Shown: piece by piece, positions 26,337 through 35,996 of the stretch
How positions within the stretch are numbered: the stretch's first letter is position 1
Layout of the letters: each line of letters begins with the position of its first letter
NCBI GenBank assembly: GCA_045628725.1
Contig: JAZQPT010000015.1
Span: 319 to 64,318, forward strand
DNA length: 64,000 nucleotides
Direction: 5' to 3'
Source of the DNA: Candidatus Saccharimonadales bacterium
GTDB taxonomy: Bacteria; Patescibacteriota; Saccharimonadia; Saccharimonadales; Saccharimonadaceae
Made by a program: the position numbers and the translations under genes
The notes under the pieces: generated by a model
What the model saw: the letters and a program-made list of their open reading frames with translations, nothing else
The model's database searches: none
Told to the model about the DNA's origin: nothing

Positions 26337-27983
26337 ATGAATGCTAAATTCACTTTGTCTCCACGCCTTGCGCGTATTTATTCGGCCGTCTTCATCGTAG
26401 CCGGGCTTGTCAGTATTATTTTGCCAGTGATTGGTCTGAAAAGTGCGGTGTTTAGTTTTGCCGGCGGAATTGCAGTTGCAGTCATGTATATTATTGTCAT
26501 GCCAATTGTCGCTTACTTCGCGTCACTACATCCTCGATATACCTATGTATATATTGCGCTTCTAAACATTACATCGTTCTTTGCGTTTATCTTTTATATC
26601 GGTGTCTATACGCCGTTTATCCTATTGTGGGCGGTGATTCTGGTGCTAAGTTATTTATATAGTGGAATTTTAGCATTCATCTTGTCATCGATACTTTTAC
26701 TAATGCAAACGGCCATAATGCTGTTCGTCTACAATGACTACGCTGATGGATTGGCGGATAGTAATGCGATATATATCGGATTGTCATTCATATCTGGGCT
26801 AGGTACTATAATCACCGGATTTTTTACATCAATGATGATAATGAGGGCGAAGGTCAGGTCGGAGCGTCTTGTTGAATCGCAGCAGGCCGAGCAAGTTCAG
26901 TTGAACCGCTTAAATACATTGCTCAATAGTATTAGCGATACTGTCCTAACAGTGAATAGGTATGGCCGAATAACCTCGCAAAATTCCGCAGCTTTATCGT
27001 TTTTTGATACCAACCAGACTTTGGTCGGAAAAAGCATCGATACTGTCCTAGAGTTAAAAGATGATGCCATGCAGATAGTGAGCGTTCGCAAACTTGCCGC
27101 AGATATCAAGGGAACGATAGTACGCGATGATGTCTCGATAGTAGATAGTTCGGACGCTATTATGCGATTAAACGTACAGATATCACCTATTCATGGAAAA
27201 TTTGGCGATGACGACAGTGGGTCTGTCATCATTATTCGCGATATCACTCGTCAAAAAACATTAGAGGACGAAAAGGACGAGTTTATTAGTGTCACTAGTC
27301 ACGAGCTGCGTACTCCGATAGCTATTGCCGAAGGAAGTTTGAGCAACCTACTGTATATGTTCGAAAAAGGCGTAGAGACCGAGAAATTGGCATCGTCGGC
27401 AGTGGCAGCGCATGACCAGGTGTTATACCTTGCGCGCATGATCAACGACCTGTCGACGCTATCACGTGCCGAGCGCGGCGTTGGCGACGCTGCTGAAGTG
27501 ATCAATATGAATACTATGCTGCAGGACTTGTATCATCGCTATCAGCCAGAGGCCGAGGCTAAATCGTTAGCATTGAATCTTGATCTAGATGGATTGCCTG
27601 ACGTGTTGGTAAGTCGTTTATATCTAGAAGAGATTTTGCAGAATTTCCTGACGAATGCTATCAAATATACCAAAGAGGGTTCCGTAACACTGTCCGGCAA
27701 GATAAAAGATGGCAGAATCGTATGTTCCGTTACCGACACAGGTATAGGTATCAGCAAGACCGATCAAGATAAAATATTCAACAAATTCTTCCGTAGCGAA
27801 GATTATCGCACACGCGAGACGAGTGGCACTGGACTAGGGTTATATGTTGTCACCAAGCTTGCATCAAAGCTTAATACCAAGGTTGATGTTGTTAGCCGAC
27901 TAAACCATGGATCGACGTTTAGCTTTACGCTCCCCTCTTCTGTGCTTATACCTGATAACAAAACGACGGACGAAATTTCGTAA
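26337..27983 (+). CDS. sensor histidine kinase (multi-TM N-terminus, PAS-like, HisKA, HATPase_c)
   Basis: H-box ISVTSHELRTPIA; N/G boxes NAIKYT, DTGIGIS, GTGLGL. Confidence 0.9.
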   Translation: MNAKFTLSPRLARIYSAVFIVAGLVSIILPVIGLKSAVFSFAGGIAVAVMYIIVMPIVAYFASLHPRYTYVYIALLNITSFFAFIFYIGVYTPFILLWAVILVLSYLYSGILAFILSSILLLMQTAIMLFVYNDYADGLADSNAIYIGLSFISGLGTIITGFFTSMMIMRAKVRSERLVESQQAEQVQLNRLNTLLNSISDTVLTVNRYGRITSQNSAALSFFDTNQTLVGKSIDTVLELKDDAMQIVSVRKLAADIKGTIVRDDVSIVDSSDAIMRLNVQISPIHGKFGDDDSGSVIIIRDITRQKTLEDEKDEFISVTSHELRTPIAIAEGSLSNLLYMFEKGVETEKLASSAVAAHDQVLYLARMINDLSTLSRAERGVGDAAEVINMNTMLQDLYHRYQPEAEAKSLALNLDLDGLPDVLVSRLYLEEILQNFLTNAIKYTKEGSVTLSGKIKDGRIVCSVTDTGIGISKTDQDKIFNKFFRSEDYRTRETSGTGLGLYVVTKLASKLNTKVDVVSRLNHGSTFSFTLPSSVLIPDNKTTDEIS

Positions 27984-28019
27984 CTTTTATCAAATCTGGT
28001 ACAATGGTGCTTGGTTCAT

Positions 28020-28094
28020 AGGGGCGTAGTACAACGGTTAGTATATGGGTCTCCAAAACCTAGGATCGTGGTTCGATTCCACGCGCCCCTGCCA
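28020..28094 (+). tRNA. tRNA-Trp (CCA)
   Basis: Hand-folded cloverleaf: acceptor AGGGGCG/CGCCCCT, anticodon stem TGGGT/ACCTA with loop CTCCAAA, T-arm CGTGG-TTCGATT-CCACG, encoded 3' CCA. Confidence 0.9.
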
Positions 28095-28096
28095 TA

Positions 28097-28130
28097 GAAA
28101 AATGATCACCATTTGGTGGTCATTTTTCTA
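28097..28130 (+). terminator. intrinsic terminator after tRNA-Trp
   Basis: GAAAAATGATCACC-ATTT-GGTGGTCATTTTTC. Confidence 0.75.
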
Positions 28131-28514
28131 TATCTAGAGATGTGTGGATCCGAATCACGATCGCGGCAGCTTTAGCCGACGCAAGATCGTGGTTCGTGTA
28201 GCGACGAGAAATAAAAAATGTGTTTACATATTTTTATGATCGAGCGGATATAGGAAGCGGAGCGACCGCCAGACATGCGCCCTATCACCTCTTAGTTTAT
28301 TGTTGTGTAAAGCCGTTCTGTCTCTAGATATTCTACGAACCTCTGCTATAAAAGATCAATCACAGCCTGGTGGGCACTTCTATGCAAAGAGATGCCTGGG
28401 TTAAAGCAGCGATCCGTTCCAACAAAGTCGAACAATCGTTAGCGAAAGAGTTAAGCAATAAAACAAACTATTCTCAGTATATATTTTTACATAACATAGT
28501 GTAATAATAGGCAC

Positions 28515-28925
28515 ATGAAAAACCATGAACCGATATCACTGATTTCAGTCGAAGATGCTCTCGCCCCTAGAACAGAAGAATTAACATCTCTGTTCGTACA
28601 GTTAAGAGATAAATTTAATGTTGCTAACCCTGCAGACCTACCCCAAGACAATGAAGATGTCGCAAGTGCTATGGAAGACCAATACGAGTGGGATGTACTT
28701 GTTGATGATACAGCGAGGCGATTTGATACTCCGGAATCTGCCGTAGAAGCGAGCTATCTAAAGAGTGTCTTTTTTACTGACGCGGGTTTTAACGATAAGA
28801 TGTATGTGATTGAAGTCCTTGACTGGATAGGTCAAGATTATCAACACGCTAAGGAAATGGGTTTTACGAGATTAGCATCAAGAATAGAATCAAAAATGAA
28901 AGATCTATCTAGACTCTACGAATAA
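28515..28925 (+). CDS. hypothetical acidic protein (orphan)
   Basis: 136-aa ORF in the low-coding islet after tRNA-Trp. No family recognised. Confidence 0.5.
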   Translation: MKNHEPISLISVEDALAPRTEELTSLFVQLRDKFNVANPADLPQDNEDVASAMEDQYEWDVLVDDTARRFDTPESAVEASYLKSVFFTDAGFNDKMYVIEVLDWIGQDYQHAKEMGFTRLASRIESKMKDLSRLYE

Positions 28926-28959
28926 ATGAATAGGGTGTCTTTCTTCGTAATGTCTTGAT

Positions 28960-29151
28960 CTATGAAAGCAGGTTCCAGTTATTCAGGTATTCCTCATCTA
29001 GATCTGTAAATTTACGTATAGTTGAATCGTTATGGATACTCCCGCCGCGACTAGGTGTTTTTAACCATGTAGCATGAGTCTCTTTGACGCGTCTCGCTAC
29101 TTCCTTGCTAGGTTCAATAAAGTAATCTGGAGCTTTGACAGTCCCGTACAT
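28960..29151 (-). CDS. hypothetical small protein (63 aa)
   Basis: ORF only, with a weak SD context. Confidence 0.3.
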   Translation of the reverse strand: MYGTVKAPDYFIEPSKEVARRVKETHATWLKTPSRGGSIHNDSTIRKFTDLDEEYLNNWNLLS

Positions 29152-29252
29152 CCTTGTTTAGAATCCTACATAGTTACATTGACATTTATATAACAAAGTT
29201 ATAAAGTAGTGATTGTTCAACAGAGGTATACCATCGACTGATAGGAAACAGC

Positions 29253-29663
29253 GTGTCAAACGGCACCGTTATTGATCTGGACGATCAGTTCATCCAGGAA
29301 GCCACAGAGATCTTCACCGAGTTCGAGAAACTGTGTCAGGGGCGCAGGGGCGTGACAGAACGGCTGTATACATATATGGCCGTTCCCGATATCGAGTGCG
29401 CGCTTAACTGCATGAGCGCCTATGTCGACATGATCGGCACAATGAATCTCCAGCGCATCCACCAGAGGTATCCTGAAAAGTCCGGGGACGAGATTCGCGT
29501 CTTGCTTGGAGAAGAACTCGTGTTCTACCTGAGCCTGGTTGTCGTGAGGCAGAAATTGACTGAACTGGCAGATCGCTACGGCGTTCGAGCTACAAATGGA
29601 TATGTCGCCTATACCTATCACTACACTGGTATATGGCCCTGGAGTGAAGCTATTATGCTCTGA
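29253..29663 (+). CDS. hypothetical protein (GC-rich orphan, GTG start)
   Basis: 136-aa ORF with TAGGAAACAGC upstream of the GTG and the promoter TTGACA-17-TAAAGT at 29179-29207. Confidence 0.5.
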   Translation: MSNGTVIDLDDQFIQEATEIFTEFEKLCQGRRGVTERLYTYMAVPDIECALNCMSAYVDMIGTMNLQRIHQRYPEKSGDEIRVLLGEELVFYLSLVVVRQKLTELADRYGVRATNGYVAYTYHYTGIWPWSEAIML

Positions 29664-29675
29664 ATGAACGCAACA

Positions 29676-29746
29676 GGTGGCGGCATCGACAAACTTAGTG
29701 TTGTCGATGTCGCCACCTAACGTACACCCGGATGGGTGTTTTTTAT
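29676..29746 (+). terminator. tandem hairpins: a 17-bp stem (29676-29717), then a canonical terminator ACACCC-GGAT-GGGTGT-TTTTTT (29724-29746)
   Basis: Read directly. The second hairpin also faces the convergent MscS-like gene. Confidence 0.65.
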
Positions 29747-29750
29747 TAGA

Positions 29751-30707
29751 TTATTTATCTTTTTTGATACGTACGGCACGTTTGAATTTACTATCGGCTA
29801 CAGGATCGGCAAATCGAGCGATAGGTTCATATACAAGTAACTTGTCTGCTTTTTTCTTGCCGTCATCGAGGGCCTTTATGGCATTAACGAAATAATTATC
29901 AATCAGCCATTCGCGACCTGGTGCAGTTTGTCCGACAACAGTGATGCGCCATAAATCTTCACCCCATCGTTCGGCATATTTCATTCGGAGCGGACGCGCT
30001 AACATTGTAGGCCCTGTCGGCATTGCTTCGATAATCTTGTTGATCGCTTTTTCTGCGGCTACACGGTCATGAACAAAGATGTCAACTGCTTCAGTTCGCA
30101 GTGCGTGCGGGGTGACGTGAACTGCTTGGATCTGCTGATTATGTACCCACACGACTTCACCGCTTAGGCTGCGTAATTTTGTTGAGCGAAGTGTCATACG
30201 CTCGACCACACCGGTCATGTTAATGAAAGGTTCAATTTTAATATAATCACCAATAGTAAACCACTTTTCGATGATCATCGTTGCGCCCATAGTAATGTCA
30301 CGTAGTAAAATCCCTAGCGTCTGTCCTGCAATAACGATAAAGAAAGCACTGGCACCAATTGCAGCGGCACCGGAACCGCCGAGTTGCATACTACCTTGTG
30401 GCGTGAGCACCCGCCATGTGACGTAGGCTGCGATGGCGACAACCACAGCACGCACGATAGCAACAGCAACACTGAGGTATGTTTCGACTTGTCGATACAG
30501 CACAACTTTGTCTTCGCGAGTTTCGGTGTCACCATGAACAGCTACTCGTTGAGCGATCTTTATGATGCCTCTTGCTAGAAAACGACTAAGCCAATACGAT
30601 ATAGCAATAGAAAAAATAAGAATAAGTACTGCCCTATATTCGTTTGGCCGCGATAAAAAATCGCTGAGTTCTGTCAGTGTTGTGTCAAGTAAATTTTTTG
30701 CGTCCAT
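29751..30707 (-). CDS. mechanosensitive ion channel family protein (MscS-like)
   Basis: TM helices plus the beta-domain pattern GDYIKIEP...GVVERMTLRSTKLRSLSGEVVWVHN. Confidence 0.8.
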   Translation of the reverse strand: MDAKNLLDTTLTELSDFLSRPNEYRAVLILIFSIAISYWLSRFLARGIIKIAQRVAVHGDTETREDKVVLYRQVETYLSVAVAIVRAVVVAIAAYVTWRVLTPQGSMQLGGSGAAAIGASAFFIVIAGQTLGILLRDITMGATMIIEKWFTIGDYIKIEPFINMTGVVERMTLRSTKLRSLSGEVVWVHNQQIQAVHVTPHALRTEAVDIFVHDRVAAEKAINKIIEAMPTGPTMLARPLRMKYAERWGEDLWRITVVGQTAPGREWLIDNYFVNAIKALDDGKKKADKLLVYEPIARFADPVADSKFKRAVRIKKDK

Positions 30708-30866
30708 CTTTGTATGATTATACGCCGTTTTGCCTTAAAAATCGATGGTTTATATATCGCCTGTGATTGCTGTTGAAAAACCGTTAGCAGCTTGGTATGA
30801 TGGAGAAAAGAAGCTTAAACAAATAAAGGGGTGTTCGGCTGACGATTGTCATTCGTACAGGGTAAA

Positions 30867-32090
30867 ATGAACATATTAATGCTTGGGTGGGAGTTACCTC
30901 CGCATAACAGCGGCGGTCTGGGTGTTGCATGTTATCATCTGTCTGAAGCATTGGCTAAAAACGGTGCTTCAATCGACTTTGTCGTTCCTTACGAAGCCGA
31001 CCACTCATCTATAGACTTTATGAATGTTCATGCAGCAACTCCTATCTCGCCGAAAAATCAATACGGATTGAACGCATATGACAGCGATCAGTCGATGGTA
31101 CTTGATCTTGATCATGTACATCCTGACGATACTTCATCTATGCGCGCCATCCAAAAACAATATATTCGCTACGTCGAACGAATGCTTGACACGGTCACTC
31201 CTGATGTTATTCACGCCCATGACTGGTTGACGATGGAAGCAGGCGTACGCGCTAAAGAACTATCTGGTGCCCCACTGTTTGTTCATGTACACGCCACTGA
31301 ATTTGATCGATGCGGAGAGAATGCTACGGGCAATCCTGTCGTCCACGAAATCGAACAGCAGGCACTATTAATGGCCGACAGGATCTTTGCCGTTAGTGCG
31401 ATTACCAAAAGCATCATTGTTCATCGGTATGGCATCCCTGCAGATAAAGTGGAAGTTGTTTATAATGCCATTGATATCGATAGTTTTGCAGAATACGAAT
31501 ACGATCGCCGAACTTACCGCTATTTAGAACTACTACGTTCCGAAGGATATACGGTCGCTGTGACAATTACCCGCTTTACGGTACAAAAAGGTCTTACCCA
31601 CTTTCTGCGTGCGGCAGCCAGAGCGAGTGAAAAATACGATAAACTTGTGTACTTATTTGCTGGCGACGGTGAACAGCGTGACGAACTGATTGCGATGGCC
31701 GCAGAACTGGGTATTGCCGACAAGGTGTTCTTTACGGGATTTGTTCGCGGTAAACAGTGGCGAGATTCATATTCAGTTGCAGATATATTCGTTATGAGTT
31801 CTGTTAGCGAACCGTTTGGACTAACCGCCCTCGAAGCCGCACATCATAATAGTGCACTCATTATTAGTAAACAATCAGGTGTGGCCGAAGTACTAAAGCA
31901 CATATTCCGGTTCGATTTTTGGGATTCCGATCGACTTGCCGATCAAATGGTTGCTATTGCAACGTCGCCAAGCCTAGCGCAAGAACTTCGTACTGGAGTA
32001 CAATCCGAATATGCGCGGCTAAGCTGGCATGACGTCGCAGTACAATGTCGCGAACTATATAGTGCATCAAAACAAGGAGCAATTGTATGA
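30867..32090 (+). CDS. GT4-family glycosyltransferase (glycogen-synthase-like)
   Basis: MNILMLGWELPPHNSGGLGVA and the EX7E region SEPFGLTALEAAHHN. Start set to ATG 30867. Confidence 0.8.
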   Translation: MNILMLGWELPPHNSGGLGVACYHLSEALAKNGASIDFVVPYEADHSSIDFMNVHAATPISPKNQYGLNAYDSDQSMVLDLDHVHPDDTSSMRAIQKQYIRYVERMLDTVTPDVIHAHDWLTMEAGVRAKELSGAPLFVHVHATEFDRCGENATGNPVVHEIEQQALLMADRIFAVSAITKSIIVHRYGIPADKVEVVYNAIDIDSFAEYEYDRRTYRYLELLRSEGYTVAVTITRFTVQKGLTHFLRAAARASEKYDKLVYLFAGDGEQRDELIAMAAELGIADKVFFTGFVRGKQWRDSYSVADIFVMSSVSEPFGLTALEAAHHNSALIISKQSGVAEVLKHIFRFDFWDSDRLADQMVAIATSPSLAQELRTGVQSEYARLSWHDVAVQCRELYSASKQGAIV

Positions 32091-33316
32091 CAAAACCGGG
32101 CGTAGCACTATATCTTCAGGTACATCAACCCTACCGGGTACGACCATACACCGTCTTTGACACGGCAGAAAGTCATAACTACTTTGATGCAGTATCGTAC
32201 GAAGACGTAACGAACAATGAAGCAATTTTCAAAAAGGTCGCAGATAAATCATATCGGCCCATGAACCATGTACTGGAGCGTTTGCTTGCCGAAAATCCGG
32301 ACTTTAAACTCTCACTTAGTATCACTGGTACCTTCCTAGAGCAGGCCGAACAATGGGCGCCTGATGTCATCACGAGTTTTCAGCGTATGGTTGCGACGGG
32401 TCGCGTCGAAATACTCGCAGAGACGTATCATCATAGCTTGGCGTTCTTCTATTCTCGATCAGAATTCGAACGACAAGTCACATTGCACCAATTAAAAATC
32501 CAGCAAGTGTTTAACGTTACGCCAACTGTATTCCGTAACACCGAACTTGCATACGACGACACTGTTGGTCAGTGGGCTGAATCTGCAGGCTACAAAGGTG
32601 TCCTTGCTGAAGGTTGGGACAAAGTATTAGATTGGCGTAGCCCAAACCACGTGTATCGCCCACCGGCGACAAATACTATTGGATTATTGCTAAAGAACTA
32701 CCGATTGAGCGACGATATTGCATTCCGCTACAGCAACAGAAGTTGGAACGAATGGCCACTGACGACGAACAAATATAGTCAGTGGGTTGATGCGGCGTTC
32801 GATAAAGGTCCTCTTGTGAACTTATTTATGGATTACGAAACATTTGGTGAACACCAATGGGCTGACACTGGCATCTTCGGATTCTTTAGCCAGTTCGTTA
32901 CAGAATGGTCTAAGCGAGACGACCGCACGTTCTACACGGTGAGCGGTGCTATCGACACCTTTAAGCCAGAGGCAGAACTAAGCATCCCCCATACAACGAC
33001 TTGGGCGGATACAGAACGAGACTTGAGTGCGTGGACAGGCAATACTATGCAGCGCGAAGCACTTCGCTACCTGTACGCCCTAGAGAATGACATCATCAGA
33101 ACAGGCAATGGCGGGCTGATTAGTGATTGGCGTAAATTACAGTCATCTGACCTTGTTTATTATATGAGTACAAAATGGCAAGAAGATGGGGACGTTCATG
33201 CCTACTTTAGCCCCTACGATTCGCCGTATGACGCGTTTTTATACTACATCAATGTCATCAGAGATCTGCGCTACCGACTAATGAGTGAACACGGAACAGG
33301 TCACCTGCATGGCTAG
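32087..33316 (+). CDS. glycoside hydrolase family 57-like protein
   Basis: GH57-type conserved regions: LQVHQPYR, GTFLEQ, DYETFGEHQW. Confidence 0.75.
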   Translation: MTKPGVALYLQVHQPYRVRPYTVFDTAESHNYFDAVSYEDVTNNEAIFKKVADKSYRPMNHVLERLLAENPDFKLSLSITGTFLEQAEQWAPDVITSFQRMVATGRVEILAETYHHSLAFFYSRSEFERQVTLHQLKIQQVFNVTPTVFRNTELAYDDTVGQWAESAGYKGVLAEGWDKVLDWRSPNHVYRPPATNTIGLLLKNYRLSDDIAFRYSNRSWNEWPLTTNKYSQWVDAAFDKGPLVNLFMDYETFGEHQWADTGIFGFFSQFVTEWSKRDDRTFYTVSGAIDTFKPEAELSIPHTTTWADTERDLSAWTGNTMQREALRYLYALENDIIRTGNGGLISDWRKLQSSDLVYYMSTKWQEDGDVHAYFSPYDSPYDAFLYYINVIRDLRYRLMSEHGTGHLHG

Positions 33317-35252
33317 ACCCATTGTATTAAGTAACGGGGAATTACACGTTGGACTTAATAATTTTGGACTAGTTCATGACTTTTATTACCCCTACGTTGG
33401 TCTAGAGAATCACTCGTCGGGTACATCAACACGTCACCGAGTTGGTGTATGGGTTGATGAACAGCTTAGTTGGCTTGACGATGAAGGCGATTGGTCATTT
33501 AGTTTTCGCTATCCTTATCAAGCGCTGATTGGCCATACGATTGCCAAGAACGAAAAACTGGGAATCCTCCTAGAGATGGACGACTTTGTGGATTCACAGA
33601 TGAATGCCTTTATTCGCAATATTCATGTCGTAAATCTTTGGGGTCACCAGCGCGAAGTGCGCGTATTTACCCACCAGGCGTTCGCTATCGGCGATTCGCG
33701 GAGCAATACAGACACGGCGCAGTATTTGCCAGACAGCGAAGCCATCGTCCATTACCGTGGACGACGGGCCTTTATTGTATCAGGACGCTACGGCGACAAG
33801 CCATTCGATCAGCATAGTATTGGTTTGTTTGGCATCGAAGGCCGTGAAGGTACGTATAGGGACGCCGAAGACGGTGAATTATCTGGTGGCAATGCAGAGC
33901 ATGGCCGAGTTGATTCAACGCTTCGATTTACCCTCTCTATTGAGCCATATAGCTCGGATCGATTCCACTATTGGATTGCTGCGGGTACGTCAATGCGCGA
34001 GGCATTATATACTGACAAGCAAATTCGTCATCAGGGTGTGCACGCTCGTCTGCATCAAACTGCCGTCTACTGGAAGCAGTGGTTAGAGCCGGCACTCGCC
34101 ATGAGTCAACGACTGGACGCGGCGCACCGTGAATCATTCATGCATAGTATGATGCTTATCAAGGCAAATATAGACAAACGCGGCGCAGTGATTGCAAGTA
34201 CCGACAGTTCAATGTTGCGCTATTCACGCGACGACTACGAGTATTGTTGGCCACGCGATGGTGCGCTTGTACTATGGCCGCTTATTCGCATGGGATATAC
34301 CGAAGAGCCACGTCGATTCTTTGAATTTTGTCGACGCGGTATGCACCCTTCGGGATATTTGATGCAAAAATACCGTGCAGACGGTGGATTAGGGGCAAGC
34401 TGGCATTCGTATGTACATGACGGGATTACAGCTCCGCCGATCCAAGAAGACGAAACGGCGCTCGTGCTATTTGTGTTCGCACAGTTCTACGAGACAAATC
34501 ACGACCCTAAATTATTGAGCGACTATTACGAGAGTATGGTCAAACCTATGGCGACATGGATGTCTGAATATATAGATGTGTCGACGGGACTACCAAAGCC
34601 TAGCTATGATCTATGGGAAGAGGTGTTCATGACGACGACCTATACAACGTCCGTTGTTCACGCTGCACTTATGGTTGCAGCTGACCTGGCCGAAGACGCA
34701 CATGACTCTGATAGCGCGGTGCGATGGCGTTCGGTCGCAGATGACATGCTAGCCGCCGCTCGTAAGCACCTGTTCAATAAAGAGCGGCAATCATTCTATA
34801 AAGGATTTATCGTTAAAGACGGCGAAATGGTGTTCGATTCTACGATTGATGCATCGAGCGTGTATGGAGCGTTTATGTTTGGACTCTTTTCGATTAAAGG
34901 TGATGAGTTGCAGGCGGCAATTAGTACCTTTGTTGCGACATTTAAAAACCCTGATAATGAAATCGGCTTTCCTCGTTACGAAAATGACAATTATCACAAG
35001 GTAGATCCGACGAGTGCCGGTAACTGGTGGCCGATTACGACAATGTGGTACGCGCAGCTATGTCTAGAGCAAGGAAAGGTAGTAGAGGCTACCGACATCA
35101 TTAACTGGGTTAAGCACATAGCTACATCAACGGGTGCGATTCCAGAACAAATAGATCCAAGAGATAATGCTCGTATATCCCCTAGCCCACTAACGTGGAG
35201 TCAAGCCGAGTACGTATCCACATTACTCGATACGATAACGGATCATAAATAA
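33309..35252 (+). CDS. glycoside hydrolase family 15 (glucoamylase-like)
   Basis: YEYCWPRDGA and overall GH15 (alpha/alpha)6 region features. Start at ATG 33309, overlapping the upstream stop by 8 nt. Confidence 0.8.
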   Translation: MARPIVLSNGELHVGLNNFGLVHDFYYPYVGLENHSSGTSTRHRVGVWVDEQLSWLDDEGDWSFSFRYPYQALIGHTIAKNEKLGILLEMDDFVDSQMNAFIRNIHVVNLWGHQREVRVFTHQAFAIGDSRSNTDTAQYLPDSEAIVHYRGRRAFIVSGRYGDKPFDQHSIGLFGIEGREGTYRDAEDGELSGGNAEHGRVDSTLRFTLSIEPYSSDRFHYWIAAGTSMREALYTDKQIRHQGVHARLHQTAVYWKQWLEPALAMSQRLDAAHRESFMHSMMLIKANIDKRGAVIASTDSSMLRYSRDDYEYCWPRDGALVLWPLIRMGYTEEPRRFFEFCRRGMHPSGYLMQKYRADGGLGASWHSYVHDGITAPPIQEDETALVLFVFAQFYETNHDPKLLSDYYESMVKPMATWMSEYIDVSTGLPKPSYDLWEEVFMTTTYTTSVVHAALMVAADLAEDAHDSDSAVRWRSVADDMLAAARKHLFNKERQSFYKGFIVKDGEMVFDSTIDASSVYGAFMFGLFSIKGDELQAAISTFVATFKNPDNEIGFPRYENDNYHKVDPTSAGNWWPITTMWYAQLCLEQGKVVEATDIINWVKHIATSTGAIPEQIDPRDNARISPSPLTWSQAEYVSTLLDTITDHK

Positions 35253-35253
35253 C

Positions 35254-35946
35254 ATGTCTGATTCACTTTCACGGCTATCATCACAGCTGCGAACTGCGTA
35301 TGATAGGGCGGGACTTTCTGAACGTGCAACGACGCGTCGAACGATCAAAAAATTCGCCCAGGCTCATGGATTAATGCACTTTAATTCCGGCAAAACAGCG
35401 GCTTCGCATATGCAAATTATTCGCGGGACGACAGCGGCGTATGACCAAAAGGATACAAACATCTGCATTGGGACGCATGATGGCTACGATATATCGTTTT
35501 TAGAGCGTACCGCGTCGGTAGTGCATGACGGCTATCCGTCTGCGTCGCATCGCTGGCATATTATGTCGTTTGATTTACATAGTCATAATAATTTGCCTTT
35601 CATTTTCATCGGGACAAAGCAGCAGTCTAAGACGTTTTATGCAAAACTGTTTACGACTCGCCGCGAAGTTCGACAACTTGATCCTTCGTTCTTTGGAGTG
35701 CCTGGGCATTTTGGCGCTCACTATACAGTCGTCGCGTCGCCTGCAGAACAGCTGGTACTAACGCAGCTACTAACAACCCCCGTTACTACGACGATGGCGA
35801 AGTATCACTATCCATTTGCTGTAGAGATTCAAGACGATACATTATATGTTATTACTGAGTTTAAGTTAGTGACGGACGCGAGCCTCACCAGGATGATGCA
35901 CTATGGCCTGTGGCTGGCAGGGCATATTGATCAAAATATAAAATAA
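35254..35946 (+). CDS. hypothetical protein, translationally coupled to the GH15 gene
   Basis: 230-aa ORF starting 2 nt after the GH15 stop. No family recognised. Confidence 0.6.
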   Translation: MSDSLSRLSSQLRTAYDRAGLSERATTRRTIKKFAQAHGLMHFNSGKTAASHMQIIRGTTAAYDQKDTNICIGTHDGYDISFLERTASVVHDGYPSASHRWHIMSFDLHSHNNLPFIFIGTKQQSKTFYAKLFTTRREVRQLDPSFFGVPGHFGAHYTVVASPAEQLVLTQLLTTPVTTTMAKYHYPFAVEIQDDTLYVITEFKLVTDASLTRMMHYGLWLAGHIDQNIK

Positions 35947-35954
35947 GTCATATA

Positions 35955-35987
35955 AAAATAACCCCGGAATGACCGGGGATATTTATT
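35955..35987. terminator. bidirectional terminator (CCCCGG-AATGA-CCGGGG)
   Basis: Lies between convergent genes 35254-35946 (+) and rpmG (-). Confidence 0.55.
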
Positions 35988-35996
35988 GTTTGTGTC

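Noticed and set aside
28131-28330. Possible MITE-like element bounded by inverted repeats ATCTAGAGA / TCTCTAGAT
   Set aside because: Only 9 bp match and the similarity does not extend. With about 400 nt of AT-rich spacer, a 9-bp inverted pair is not clearly above chance. No target-site duplication is discernible.
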